From assembly GCF_006345805.1 (NCBI RefSeq), contig NC_042999.1, positions 125,054,001-125,118,000 of the forward strand: DNA of 64,000 nucleotides. Reading direction: 5' to 3'. The notes below the pieces were generated by a model. That model did no database searches. It was given only the letters and a program-made list of their open reading frames with translations, and was not told where the DNA came from. Position numbers and translations under genes: made by a program. This document shows, piece after piece, positions 12,327 through 23,900 of this stretch (position 1 is its first letter; each line of letters starts with the position of its first letter). The DNA is from Octopus sinensis (taxonomy: Eukaryota).

Positions 12327-13920
12327 GTAAATGACAATCATAAACTAATTTTTCTAAACTTTAGTACTATCAATTAATCTTATTATTTCTCAAGTCTTGA
12401 AAGCTTTTAGTTTTATCATATTAGATGAAAAGTTGCAATGGCTTTGTTCACATCCCTTTACTTGCATAATAGTTATCCAGTATAAGGCTTTGAAAAACTC
12501 ACAAAAACTGACAGAAGAATGGTTAAAAAACCCAGAAAGATTCAACTGAAGTAACACAAATTATCTGTAAATTGATCGGTTGTAGCAATGGTTGTTTTAC
12601 CCCAGACAAACCTAGGGTTAAACATATTCAAGTAAAGAACATCCTGTATTTATCAAGTATAATACACTGCAGATTACATTATCTGTGCTCTTTTAGTATG
12701 GTAATCTGTGGTTTGATGGAAACATTACTGTTATTTTTGGCAGGCCTTGCGTCACCACAGAGGGGCTCCTTCATTAGGCATGATTGGTAGTTTGCTAGTT
12801 TGTTACAGATATGGAAGTCTCTTATGTGAGACTGATGACCTTGAGTGAAATCATTGATTAAATACATTAACTTGAAAATGCAGTATGACTGCTGTATGGT
12901 GAATAACTCCTATTATTATTGAGTGGCTAAATCTGTTTCTGTTCAGCTGTGCTTACCATTTCTAGTAACTGAGATGCTACTTCTGCTGCTTACCAATTTT
13001 GGTAATACTGTTAGAATAAAGTAAATATAGTTTTGTGCTACTTGACTTTTTTTAATTCCTGGAGAATAGGAAAAGTTAATATATTAGAAGAAGGACACTA
13101 TATTTTGCTAAATGCTGAGTCTTGAAGAACTGTAGCGGAGAGAAACGTCCTTAACCAGCCAGGGGTAAGCATATATCTCCTCTCTACAGCAAGACACCTA
13201 TTACTAGCTTTCTATCATATGCTTGCCTCTCAACAACTGGCATAAACCATTTCCCTCAGTAATACACCCTACTCAATCAAGGGTTTTTTTTCTTGCAAGC
13301 AATATGACAACCTCACTAGTGCTAGTGACAACAAAAACTACCTAGTACACTCTGTATAGTTGTTGGCATCAGGAAGAACACCTAGCTATAGAAACCATGC
13401 CAAAATAGATATTGGAGCATGATGTAGTCTTCTGACCTGTTGGATCCTGAGAAATTTATTACAACATGGAATACAGATGTTAATTGATGATGACGATAAT
13501 GATGAATGAACCATGCATCAAAATATTTTCATTAAGCTTCGTATATAGTTAATAGTAGATGAGGAAAAAAATAAGTAAATTCATTTTGTAGGACATCAGT
13601 ATGATTTTGCCACTAGGTTAACCTAGATTTTGTGTAAATTAAGTTCAAGTCCTGGCTCTTGTGTCAGTTATAGTGTTTGATAAAGCAAAAACTTGCAGAC
13701 AGCTGAATACCAGAACACCAAAGTAATAAAGCTAGCTCGACTACCTTTGAACTACTGACCCTGCTAACCCCCCCTCTCTCTCCCCTTCTCTCTGGCTAAT
13801 TTTGTATCATAAGTTATTAAATTTAATAATACATTTAAGATTTATCTAGTGAACACTAGTTACAAATTATGATGTGAAAAGGTAGATAAAAGTATTTTGT
13901 ACTTTTTTTTTTCTTTTCAG

Positions 13921-14258
13921 GATATCTTCTTGATACTCACACAGCAGTAGCGAAGGTTGTTGCTGACCGATACCAAAAGTCCACTAATAGTAACGAGCCA
14001 ATGATTATTGCTTCAACAGCTCATTATATGAAATTTGGTGACACAATACTGCCCACTATTCTTCAAGATCGCCAACACTTTAAAGAACTGCCATTAACAG
14101 ACATGATGGAAATATTTAAGGAATTACAACCCAGCCCCAAGCCTCATTCAAAAGTGTGTGAAATGATTAAAAAATCCCAAGTCCATTATACAGTATGTAA
14201 AGCCTGTGAAAATACTATAAAGAATGAATTACTCAAGTTTGTAGCATCACTATCCTGA
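13921..14258 (+). CDS. THNSL1: THNSL1 last coding exon (YLLDTHTAVAKVVADR...STAHYMKF...KFVASLS*)
   Basis: Long pyrimidine tract plus cag acceptor; D-x-H-T-A-V-A and STAH..KF motifs; TGA at 14256-14258. Confidence 0.95.
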
Positions 14259-16796
14259 TAATATATCATTGTTGCCAAGAGGTAATTTTGTCATAGTTTT
14301 ATTCTCAATCTTAAGTGATGTTTACTTATTAACTTGAGTACTAATCATCACTGTTAATCATAATGTAACTTTTTGATACTGCAAAGGCAGTTGACAGTGT
14401 AACATTCAGAGTCCTGTCATTATTAACATCAAATAATAATGACATCTCCTCTAATGTCACTGCAAACATCAGTTACTCCTGACCAACATTCATAACAATT
14501 CCTGTAATATAATTCTGTAAATTATTTGTTTTCGTTTGTTGCTACTGTAAATACCAGTTCTTGCCAATTATTATGCTAAACAGTGGTTTCTGTTGACATG
14601 ATAAATACCCTTTCTTGCCAGCTGACATGGGAAAATCAGTTTCCTGTGGGACTACAAGTGTTTCAAATGCCATCACTAATATTTAGATAGTTTACTTTTG
14701 TAAATTCATCTAAATGCAAGCTGTGAGATGTTGCAGGTAAAAGTTCACACAGTAATTAAGTGTCTTAATTCATACAGGACCTTTGGGGGGGGGGTGAATT
14801 TCTCTTCATTTGGTTCAATGAAAGCAAAAAAGGAAGTGGAAATATCTAAGAAAATCATGTTCAATTTGAGTAAATAAAGTTCTCATTTCGCTGATTTAGT
14901 ATATTTCTTTTACATGGCTGTGTGGTCAGACGTTTGCTTTCTAACCACATTGGGTTCAGTTCAACTACATGACACCTTGGGCAAGTGCCTTCTGCTATAG
15001 CCCCAGGCCAACCAAAGCCTTGTGAATGGATTTGATAGAGAGAAATTAAAAGATGCCAGTCATGTATGTGTGCCTTGACATTGTGTGATAGTTGTGAGTG
15101 TAACTGTCATACAAGCAGTGTTATTTCTAATACTGTGCAAGAACATGTCTAGTGAGGAGAAATATTACCTTGCTTAGAAACAGGTGTGGTTTGGCTACAA
15201 GAAGGGCATCCACCCATAGAAAATCTGCCTCAAATAAGCTCTATTTGACCCATGCAAACATGGAAAAGTGAATGTTAAATGATGATGATTGCTGCTTGTT
15301 GAAGCAATTATTTTTACTGTTAGCTGTCCCTCATAATATTGATTATCCAAAAGTAAAATAATATGTTAAGTAAGTTAAGCAGAGATGTATTTTCTGATGG
15401 AATAACATTTTAAAGTGTTAACTTTATATATTTCATACAGTACTTCATTTCAAATGGATTCATTTCTTTAGGAGCTATATTTGTCATGTCTCTGTATGAG
15501 TGTTCAGGCATGAACATGTATTTAACTCAAGCTTTCAATTCTCTTCTCCACTACATCATGGTCCACATACAAATACTTGCCATACAATATGTACATAATA
15601 AATATGGTGCTGAATGATGAGCAGATATCAAACTAGGTAAAACTAATTTTTTACAAATCATTGATGAGGTTAATAATCATAAATGTTGTTCCGTCAAAGA
15701 TAATAACTCAGCTCTGATTATAAAACATTTCATATTTTAAGCTGTGTACTTTACTGAAAGATACAGTACTGATGATTCTATGATTAGTAAATGAACAAGA
15801 TGTTACTACTGTCATGAAATGGATGCTGCCAACATCACCATCATTGCTGTTATTATTATTTTAACATCTGCTCTAAAGCAATGAGCTGGCAGAAACATTG
15901 CCACATCAGAATGAATTTTTTATAGTTTCTTCCAGCTTATTATGTTCTGAGTTCATGTCTCACTAGGGTTGGTGAAATTTGCCTTTCATCCGTTTTAGGG
16001 TCAATAAAATAAAGTACCAGTTGAATACTAGTCACCTTTCCCTTTGGCCGAATAACCATGTACTTCTTCTATAGCAAGACCCCTGTCTCTGTTTCTCTGT
16101 CTCTTTGTCACACTCTAACCTTTCATCATCTGACTAAAGATCACCTCCTCCAATGCACCATCTCCTCTCAAAACTCCTTGTCTTACAAGTCACTTGGTAA
16201 CCCTGCTGGTGCTACGTAAAAAGCATCCAGTCCACACTGTGAAGTGGTTGGCCAGCTGTAAAAACTATGCCAAAACTAACCTCATCTGTGCAGGTGCCAT
16301 GTAAAAATCACTCAGTCCACTCTGTTGGGTGGTTGGTGTTAGGAAGAGCATTCAGGCATAAAGATACAGTAGCTTGGTATAGTCTTCTACCTGGCTGACA
16401 ACTGTCAAACCGTCCAATCCATGTCAGCATGGAAGGCAGATGTTAAAAGATGATGATGATGATGATAGCGAAATAATTTGAATAATGACACAAGTTTGAT
16501 TGAAGATGAAACATATATTTAATTTTGAAAATCAGTTATAGATCATAGATTTTGTTTTAATGAATCATGACAAAATTAAAAGCAAGAGATGTTTGCTAAC
16601 ATAATTACTGAACTCTGCACTCATTAATTCTCTTCAGAACTATTCACATCTTTCTATTTTGACCAGAAGAAGCCATCAGAGGATCACTATCAACTCTACC
16701 GAAACTTAATGGCTAATGGCAGTAAGGTCTAACCTTCACAACATCAGCAACAAAGAGCAGAGTAACTGTAATGTGTCACTATTCATTTTACTGTTG

Positions 16797-16903
16797 TTAG
16801 TCTCTTTCAAATCCAGGATCTTCCAACAGAGCAGACATTTTTAATGCTAGTGGCATGCTTGATGCTACTAAAACCTTTCGGCTCATTAAATCAAATTTAT
16901 CAC
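16797..16903 (-). CDS. IMPA1: Inositol monophosphatase last coding exon (GDKFDLMSRKVLVASSMPLALKMSALLEDPGFERD*)
   Basis: ttttcag acceptor; FDLMSR motif of the IMPase C-terminus; TAA at 16799-16797. Not in the ORF track. Confidence 0.93.
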
Positions 16904-16988
16904 CTGAAAAAAACAAAACAAAATGAAATATTGCATCAGATCAGATTAGATTTGTGTGTGTGTGTCTGTGGGTGCATGTGTATACATA

Positions 16989-17205
16989 CAAGGGGATGCT
17001 GAAAAGTTCCTGGCTTTGGGTAAAAGAAAATACAAGAGGCTCAGTTAATTATGATTTTATTCAACATACTTCTTTCTCAGATTCACACACTTATTGCAGT
17101 GGTCCTTCAATTTTTCTAAAACCTGTAAAAGAACTCGGAAGGTCAGGTCTCCAAATAGGCCTTTTACAATACCCTTAAAGCCAGGAACTTTCCTCAGCAC
17201 CCCGC

Positions 17206-17206
<1 letters not shown>
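16989..17206. mobile_element. Mariner-derived MITE (~30-bp TIRs)
   Basis: TA|caaggggatgctgaaaagttcctggcttt ... aaagccaggaactttcctcagcacccc; a similar TIR flanks the mariner relic at 25126. Confidence 0.8.
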
Positions 17207-17256
<50 letters not shown>

Positions 17257-17496
17257 CTGAAGGTGTTAGAACACTGACACTGCTAGAGTAAGAGCTGAAG
17301 GGTTCTGTTGCTGTTGTCAACACATAAAATTGTATACATACATGCTGGCAGCGACTGTATATACAGAGAGAGTCCAACCCATGCCAACATGGATGTTAAA
17401 AGATCATGATTACATTAAATTTACCATATATATATATATATATACACGTTTATGAATTTGTGTTGCAAGATTCTTGATGTGAAACCATGTGTTGAA

Positions 17497-18218
17497 ACAG
17501 ATATTGTTGTATTTAAGAATGGTCTTTTTTGTTTTTGTGAAATAAACACATGCACTATATATTTGTTCTTCACTCATTTATTACAGTTCTTATTATAACT
17601 CATGTCCATTGTCTGGAAATCTTGCTCCACTCAGTCCATTCTGTTCTTCTACGATGTGTATCCTTATATGCCTTAGTTCCATCCCCTCCCCCATTGCTGC
17701 TGCTGCTACCCTCACCCCAGCTTTTGGTACCATTCCTGTATCTCTGTGTTTGTGTGTATTCGCCCATGTTGCTACCATCATGGTAGCTCTTGTTGTTGCT
17801 GTTGATGTGGTCATTGTTGGTTGCATTGTTGATATTGTTGCGGCTGTTTGTGAAGTTAGTGTGTGTTTGTGTGTGTATATGGGTAAAGGTAGCAGCAGCG
17901 GCAACATAGGAGGGGATGGGGCTGAGGGGAGGGTCATAGAGTTACTAAGAACAACGACACACTCTCACTAATACAGACGCAAACGCATGTGCATATAAGG
18001 ATACACATAGAAGAACAGAATGGACTAAGTGGAGCAAGAGCATACACAAGGACAGAAAGTGTTGCTGAAGAGGTCACAGATGTGTGACCAAAGATTTCCA
18101 GACAGTGGACATGAGTTAGAATAAGTACAGTAATAAATGAATGAAGAACGAATATATAGTGTGTGTGTGTTTATTTGGCAAAAAAAAAATGACCACCCCA
18201 AAATAGAACAATATATGT
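17497..18218. repeat. Inverted-repeat (foldback) element, arms 17497-17671 and 17991-18218
   Basis: The arms are reverse complements; the right arm has an extra ~52 nt containing CTGAAGA-GGTCAC...GTGACC. Confidence 0.82.
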
Positions 18219-18253
18219 ATGCAGAGAGAGTGAGAGAGAGAGTATTTACTTAC

Positions 18254-18405
18254 CAGAAGGATCTATTACAACTCCTCCTGCTTCTTCCACAATAACAGCC
18301 CCAGCAGCAATGTCCCAACAGTGGATGCCATGTTCTGCATATCCATCTTCTTCTCCTTGAGCAACATTACACATATTTAGTGCAGCAGAACCATATGCTC
18401 TCAAG
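18254..18405 (-). CDS. IMPA1: IMPase exon ([50 protein letters not shown])
   Basis: ctaaag acceptor, gtaagt donor; GSAALN and WD.AAG..IV.EAGG IMPase signature; 152 nt. Confidence 0.96.
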
Positions 18406-19654
18406 CTTTAGAAAAAGAAAAACAAAGCAGAATAGAATACTCACAGAAAAAATTGTTAAGAATTTCTCAGAATCAAATATACATTAGAGAATCTATTAAC
18501 AAGTTACAGATGATATGAGCGAATTTTCAATGTCTGATATTCAATCCATGACTTAAAGCAGAATGGTTTCACAATATAATATTATACAACATCATATTAC
18601 ATCCCCTCCACAGAAATATATCTCACCATATTGCATTACAATATGCAACACTCTACCTTACTGCCACATATCCTAGTATAAAATTCTATATGACCATACT
18701 ATCATAAGCTGGTGCATATTAATAATTTCACTCACATGTATTAGAACACAGCCAGAAAAAGAAAAAAATCTACCTCATTGTTACATCATTAGTGTTTACA
18801 AGAAAAGCATGAATGTCTCATACTTTCATTTCTTCCTCTTTTACAATTCAATGTCTACATAGGAAATCAATACATTGATCATATCTAGGAAACCTATGTT
18901 GTGGACAATTTTTTTCTCCAAGCAACTGATAAACAAGTGATGCTATAATAACTACAAGAATGATGGTATTTGAGTTATCAGACCTTGAATACTAAATGAT
19001 GGGAAAATTATATATCATCATCATCATCATTTAATGTCCGTTTTCCATGCTGGCATGGGTTGGGACAGTTTGACCTGAGCTGGTAAGCTGGAGAGCTGGA
19101 CCAGGTTCCACTCTGATTTGGCCTGGTGTCTATGGCTAGATGCCCTTCCTAATGTCAATCACTTTACAGAGTATGCTGGCTACTTTTTACATAGCACCAG
19201 TACAGTTGCTTTTAATGTGGACTGGCAAAGGTTCTTTTCATGTGGACTGGCACAGATGCTGTTTACATGGACTGATAGTAGGGCTCTTGCAAAGCAAAAT
19301 CCTCTTTAGCTGGGAGAGGAGCATTAAAAATTCTGCTGTGGTGGATGAGTCTTCCTGGGTATAGCAAAGTATCAGATATGTCAGGCCTTGGTCATCTCCT
19401 TCGTATATATGTGTGGGTGTGTGTATATATATATATATAACCTTCAGAGCGCTTTTCATTCAAAAGCCATTCTGACTTCCCATTTGTTCTTTGTATTTGA
19501 TTCTTTGCATTTTTTACTTACCACTCCCCAAATACATACCAAACATCCTGCTTCATTAATGGATCTAGGAACTACTATAAATGCACACATCATACCAACA
19601 TCATCCTGCCACACACTGTAGCGAAATGTACATGTAACATATTGTAACATATTA

Positions 19655-19761
19655 AGTAACCTGATGAGGTTTCTTTTGCACTGGGGTGCATTCGATTCCA
19701 TTATATCATTCCTCACTCACTAGGGAACAGTGCAGTTGTAAGCCGAAACAATTGTCATACT
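19655..19761 (+). ncRNA. Candidate type I hammerhead ribozyme with extended stem II
   Basis: CTGATGA 19661-19667; stem II GGTTT/AAGCC plus TGCACTG/CAGTGCA; GAAA 19745-19748; palindromic stem III AC-AATT-GT; GTC cleavage triplet ending 19756; stem I imperfect. Confidence 0.6.
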
Positions 19762-20249
19762 AAATAAAGCTTACAGTACACTTTGTCCTCCCTATCAATT
19801 AAAATATACTAAACATGCACTAAGGAATTCCTTACATAAATCCAGCGACTAAAGTGCAGTACCACAGATGATGCCTGGTAGTTGTAAGTGGTGAACATGC
19901 TCTCAAGGCACACTACTAGGGAGGGTCATAACCCAAACAAGGTTTGGATACAACATTTTAAAATCTCCTATCTAAACTTTAATTTTAAACGTAACCAACA
20001 TGCATGCATGCATGCATGTATGCATGCATGCATGCATGCATGTATGTATGTATGTATGTATGTATGTATATAGTTCATAGATGAGAATCAGATATTCTCC
20101 ATATAAAAGACACTTAGTAGTGCTCAAGAGGTTTAAACTTGAGCAGGTAAAAGAGTAAGTGTACTTTTTTGTATTTAATATATTTAATATTCTTTGTATA
20201 TCGATCTGCCTAACTTGCTTATCATTACATTTACTCATATATACATACA

Positions 20250-20288
<39 letters not shown>

Positions 20289-20497
20289 TTGAGTAGAATA
20301 AATTGCACAAACATTGTATGATATATATAAATGCTTTTAAGTTTTGCAAAGCTAAAACATTGCAAGTTATAAGAAATAATACAAGTTGAGTTGTGTATCT
20401 TATAACTTGCATTTTTTGGTTTTAAAATTAAGCACACACACATAGTTTGCATGAAACATTGTCTGATATATAAATACATCTAATTTTTTTTTCCATA

Positions 20498-20713
20498 AAT
20501 CAGAACAGCAGGTTATAAGAAATAAAACAGGTCAAATGTATTACCTTGTCTGTCAGTAATTCAGAATTAGCATCCCTTCTTCGGGAAATCTTTGGAGGAA
20601 AAAGTGTTATGAGTTGACTCCAAAGATTTCCCGAAGGGGTTAAATCCAATTATTAAAATACTAAGTAATACCACTGACCTGTATTATTTCTTATAACTTC
20701 TATTGTTTTGATT
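20498..20713. mobile_element. Palindromic MITE
   Basis: Outer arms aatcagaacagcaggttataagaaataaaacaggtca / tgacctgtattatttcttataacttctattgttttgatt; inner perfect 19-bp pair cttcgggaaatctttggag / ctccaaagatttcccgaag. Confidence 0.82.
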
Positions 20714-21091
20714 GTGAGACAAACTTTGTTCTTAAAGCTATCCCATTTTTTTTGCTTCTGGAAACATTTTCCAGTATACTAGGCCAAGTTGCACATGGGA
20801 TGAAAAATTCCTAGTAACAATAGCCTGCATTTTTAAAATTATTTTTATAAGTTAATGAGGAGCAATACTTCATAACTTTGCAGATTTTCTCAGATCAATA
20901 AGATTAAGGTGCTTAATGTACAGCCTGAATACCTGTAGTTTAATGTTTGCAGATAGAAGCATGAGCAGAAAACCAGAGAAAAAAGTGCTTCTTGCAGGTT
21001 CTGGGGAGTGAGAGACCAATAAGGATACGGTTAAACAAAAACTAATCTCCTATGGAATATCATTGTTAAACTAAAGTAAAATAAGTCTTAC

Positions 21092-21197
21092 CCATGACTT
21101 GCTTTGTTTAGATTGAAGAGGTTCCTAAACTTGACAGCCATCTTGTCTGGTTCTCTGTTAGAGCCAAATTCCATAATAAACATGGCTGACTCTATCT
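21092..21197 (-). CDS. IMPA1: IMPase exon (EIESAMFIMEFGSNREPDKMAVKFRNLFNLNKASHG)
   Basis: atttag acceptor, gtaaga donor; E.GS.R motif; 106 nt keeps the frame. Confidence 0.92.
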
Positions 21198-22422
21198 CTA
21201 AATAAGACAGAAAGAAAAATTCAATACATTCATAAAATATAGCTATCAAATTCCACCAAGGTCCACTTTGCCCTTTCATCCTCTTGGGATCAATAAAATA
21301 AGTACCACTTGAGCACTGGGGTCAATGTAATCTGATGAGTAAGAGGACTGTACCAATCTACTTTTTACAACCTAGCATGTGTTGGATGTGACTTCTTATG
21401 GCAGTATTCTTCCTGGCACCAGTTCTTGTTTTCAAATAAGATACTTTATTCTAATGGTCTTTACAGGTGGAACTGCCAAGTGAAGTGTTTTGTTTATGGG
21501 ATCATAAACAAATACGACCATTGTCCAAGTGGTGTTAATGAGGACTAAAATACATGTGCATTCAGTCACTCTCACACACACACACACACATAATGATAGG
21601 TTTCTTCCATACAGTTTCTATTGATCAAATTTCACTCAATGGTGTTTTGTAATACCATGCTGACATAGGAATGGCTGGAAATTTGCATAGAAAAAGAACA
21701 GTTGTTTGAATCAACGCCATTGTATAAAGGGAATTTGCATTATTGTATTCAGTTAAAATTAACCTTGACAAATAATATAAAACATTCAGTTTGGTCTTTA
21801 CCATTTCTGCCATTCTTTGGTAATTGTGCTTGTGGTAATAAGGAAGATGACTGTAGTGGCACTGACTAAGATGGTTAACCATCACTGCAATACTGATCAA
21901 AGAGACAGTGATCATAGTAGTAACAACCAAAATGGAATTGGTCCTATATTACAAGGAATCATAATGATATCCCTATAAACATATAATCCTGCTTAAAAAT
22001 TGTAGTTAAGGATCAAATAGACTAAGTTATAAGGCCTAGACAAATTGACACTTTGAATTAAACAAGAATTTCAGACAGGATGTATAACAACTGTTTATTG
22101 CACAGATGTCCTATTAAACAAGTCCTACAAATGTCATTTGACACAAATTTTGTTTTCCTCAACCCTCATTGCAAGGAATTAAAAGCAAGTCAAGAGTTAA
22201 GCACATTAGCAGCTTGTCTCCACTCTGCACTCACTGCTTTCCACTAACAAAATCATCATCATTGTTTAACAGCCACTTTCCATGTCAGCATGGGCTGGCC
22301 AGGCAGAAGACTGAACCAGACTTCTGTGTTTGTTTTGGCATGTTTTTTATGGCTGGATGCTCTTCCTAACACCAGCTACCCTGCAAAGTGGACTGGGTGC
22401 TTTGATGAAAATTTCATCAACA

Positions 22423-23279
22423 TTCGATGTCCGCAGCAAGTTCTTAAAAATTTATCTTACTATTTTATTCGTTGTTACTACGTTTCTTCATACATTGTTA
22501 CAAAAATTTAACCTTTTAGGCTACTTTCAAGCCTTCGCCATAACTTGATTTATCTTTCTATCTCTCTCTCTACAAAATTTAACCTTAGGCCAGGCTACCT
22601 CAAGCCGTAATCCTATCTCTTCCCATCTCTTCCCATCTCTCAGCCATTTCAGCCATTGGCGGTCTTTTTTCCTCCTCTCACCATTACGATTCTATAATTT
22701 AAATTCCCAATTCAATTTCAACTCCCGTTCGATGTCCGCAGCAAGTTCTTAAAAATTTATCTTACTATTTTATTCGTTGTTACTACGTTTCTTCATACAT
22801 TGTTACAAAAATTTAACCTTTTAGGCTACTTTCAAGCCTTCGCCATAACTTGATTTATCTTTCTATCTCTCTCTCTCTCTCTCTACAAAATTTAACCTTA
22901 GGCCAGGCTACCTCAAGCCGTAATCCTATCTCTTCCCATCTCTTCCCATCTCTCAGCCATTTCAGCCATTGGCGGTCTTTTTTCCTCCTCTCACCATTAC
23001 GATTCTATAATTTAAATTCCCAATTCAATTTCAACTCCCGTTCGATGTCCGCAGCAAGTTCTTAAAAATTTATCTTACTATTTTATTCGTTGTTACTACG
23101 TTTCTTCATACATTGTTACAAAAATCTAACCTTTTAGGCTACTTTCAAGCCTTCGCCATAACTTGATTTATCTTTCTATCTCTCTCTCTACAAAATTTAA
23201 CCTTAGGCCAGGCTACCTCAAGCCGTAATCCTATCTCTTCCCATCTCTTCCCATCTCTCAGCCATTTCAGCCATTGGCG
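22423..23279. repeat. Tandem repeat, ~305-313-bp unit, about 2.75 copies
   Basis: ttcgatgtccgcagcaagttc starts at 22423, 22728 and 23041; the units differ mainly in (CT)n length. Confidence 0.95.
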
Positions 23280-23900
23280 GTGCGCCCGCCCCCCACCCCC
23301 ACCACCAATACCGATGAACACTGTTCTCACCCCCACCACCAATACCGGTGAACACTGTTCCTCACCTCCCACCACCAATACCAGTATACCCTGTCCTCAC
23401 CATCTACACCGGATACGCCTTACTCATCTACACCGGGTACGCCCTACTCCCTCCCCCTCCCCCCACTACCCCTTCTCCTCATATGCTTTCACTGTGAAAA
23501 GACAAGCTGCTAGCGCCATAGCTCATCAACTGCCCACCGATCTTATGCTTCCTCCTGACACTGCCTCATTCCGACTATCCCCTTTAGCACCCTCCCGCCT
23601 CGTAATATCCTATGTTTTTATTTCTTAGGAACCTACACCAACCCTTCCTGCCATCGTTCCTCCTTACCCCAACCTTCCCCACTGGTTGCCCTCCTATATT
23701 ACCCGCCTCAACTGGACCTCCCCCTCCCCAACTCAACTCTAGAATATCTGTATTTCTTTCCTCTACCTAATTACGTTACTCAGTGATGATAAATGCTGTG
23801 ACTACAAAGACCCGGGCTGCTTTCTGCAGCAATTCCACATACCCCCTACTCATTCTAAGTACCCCGGATCCCCAAAGTACCCTGGATCCCCAAAGTACCC
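23280..23900. repeat. C-rich segment with short internal tandem repeats (~33, ~26 and 18 bp)
   Basis: ccaccaccaataccg.tgaacactgttc x3; ctacaccgg.tacgcc.tactc x2; gtaccc.ggatccccaaa x2-3. Confidence 0.8.

Noticed and set aside
17593-17971. Mucin-like or transmembrane-like ORFs of 114-120 aa
   Set aside because: Low-complexity (GTT/GCT) spacer of a foldback repeat inside IMPA1 intron 7; no splice or homology support.
21331-21350. CTGATGAG resembling a hammerhead 5' core
   Set aside because: No stem II or GAAA downstream.
23782-23860. GTGATGA resembling a C/D snoRNA C box
   Set aside because: No D box (CTGA) at a suitable distance and no terminal stem.
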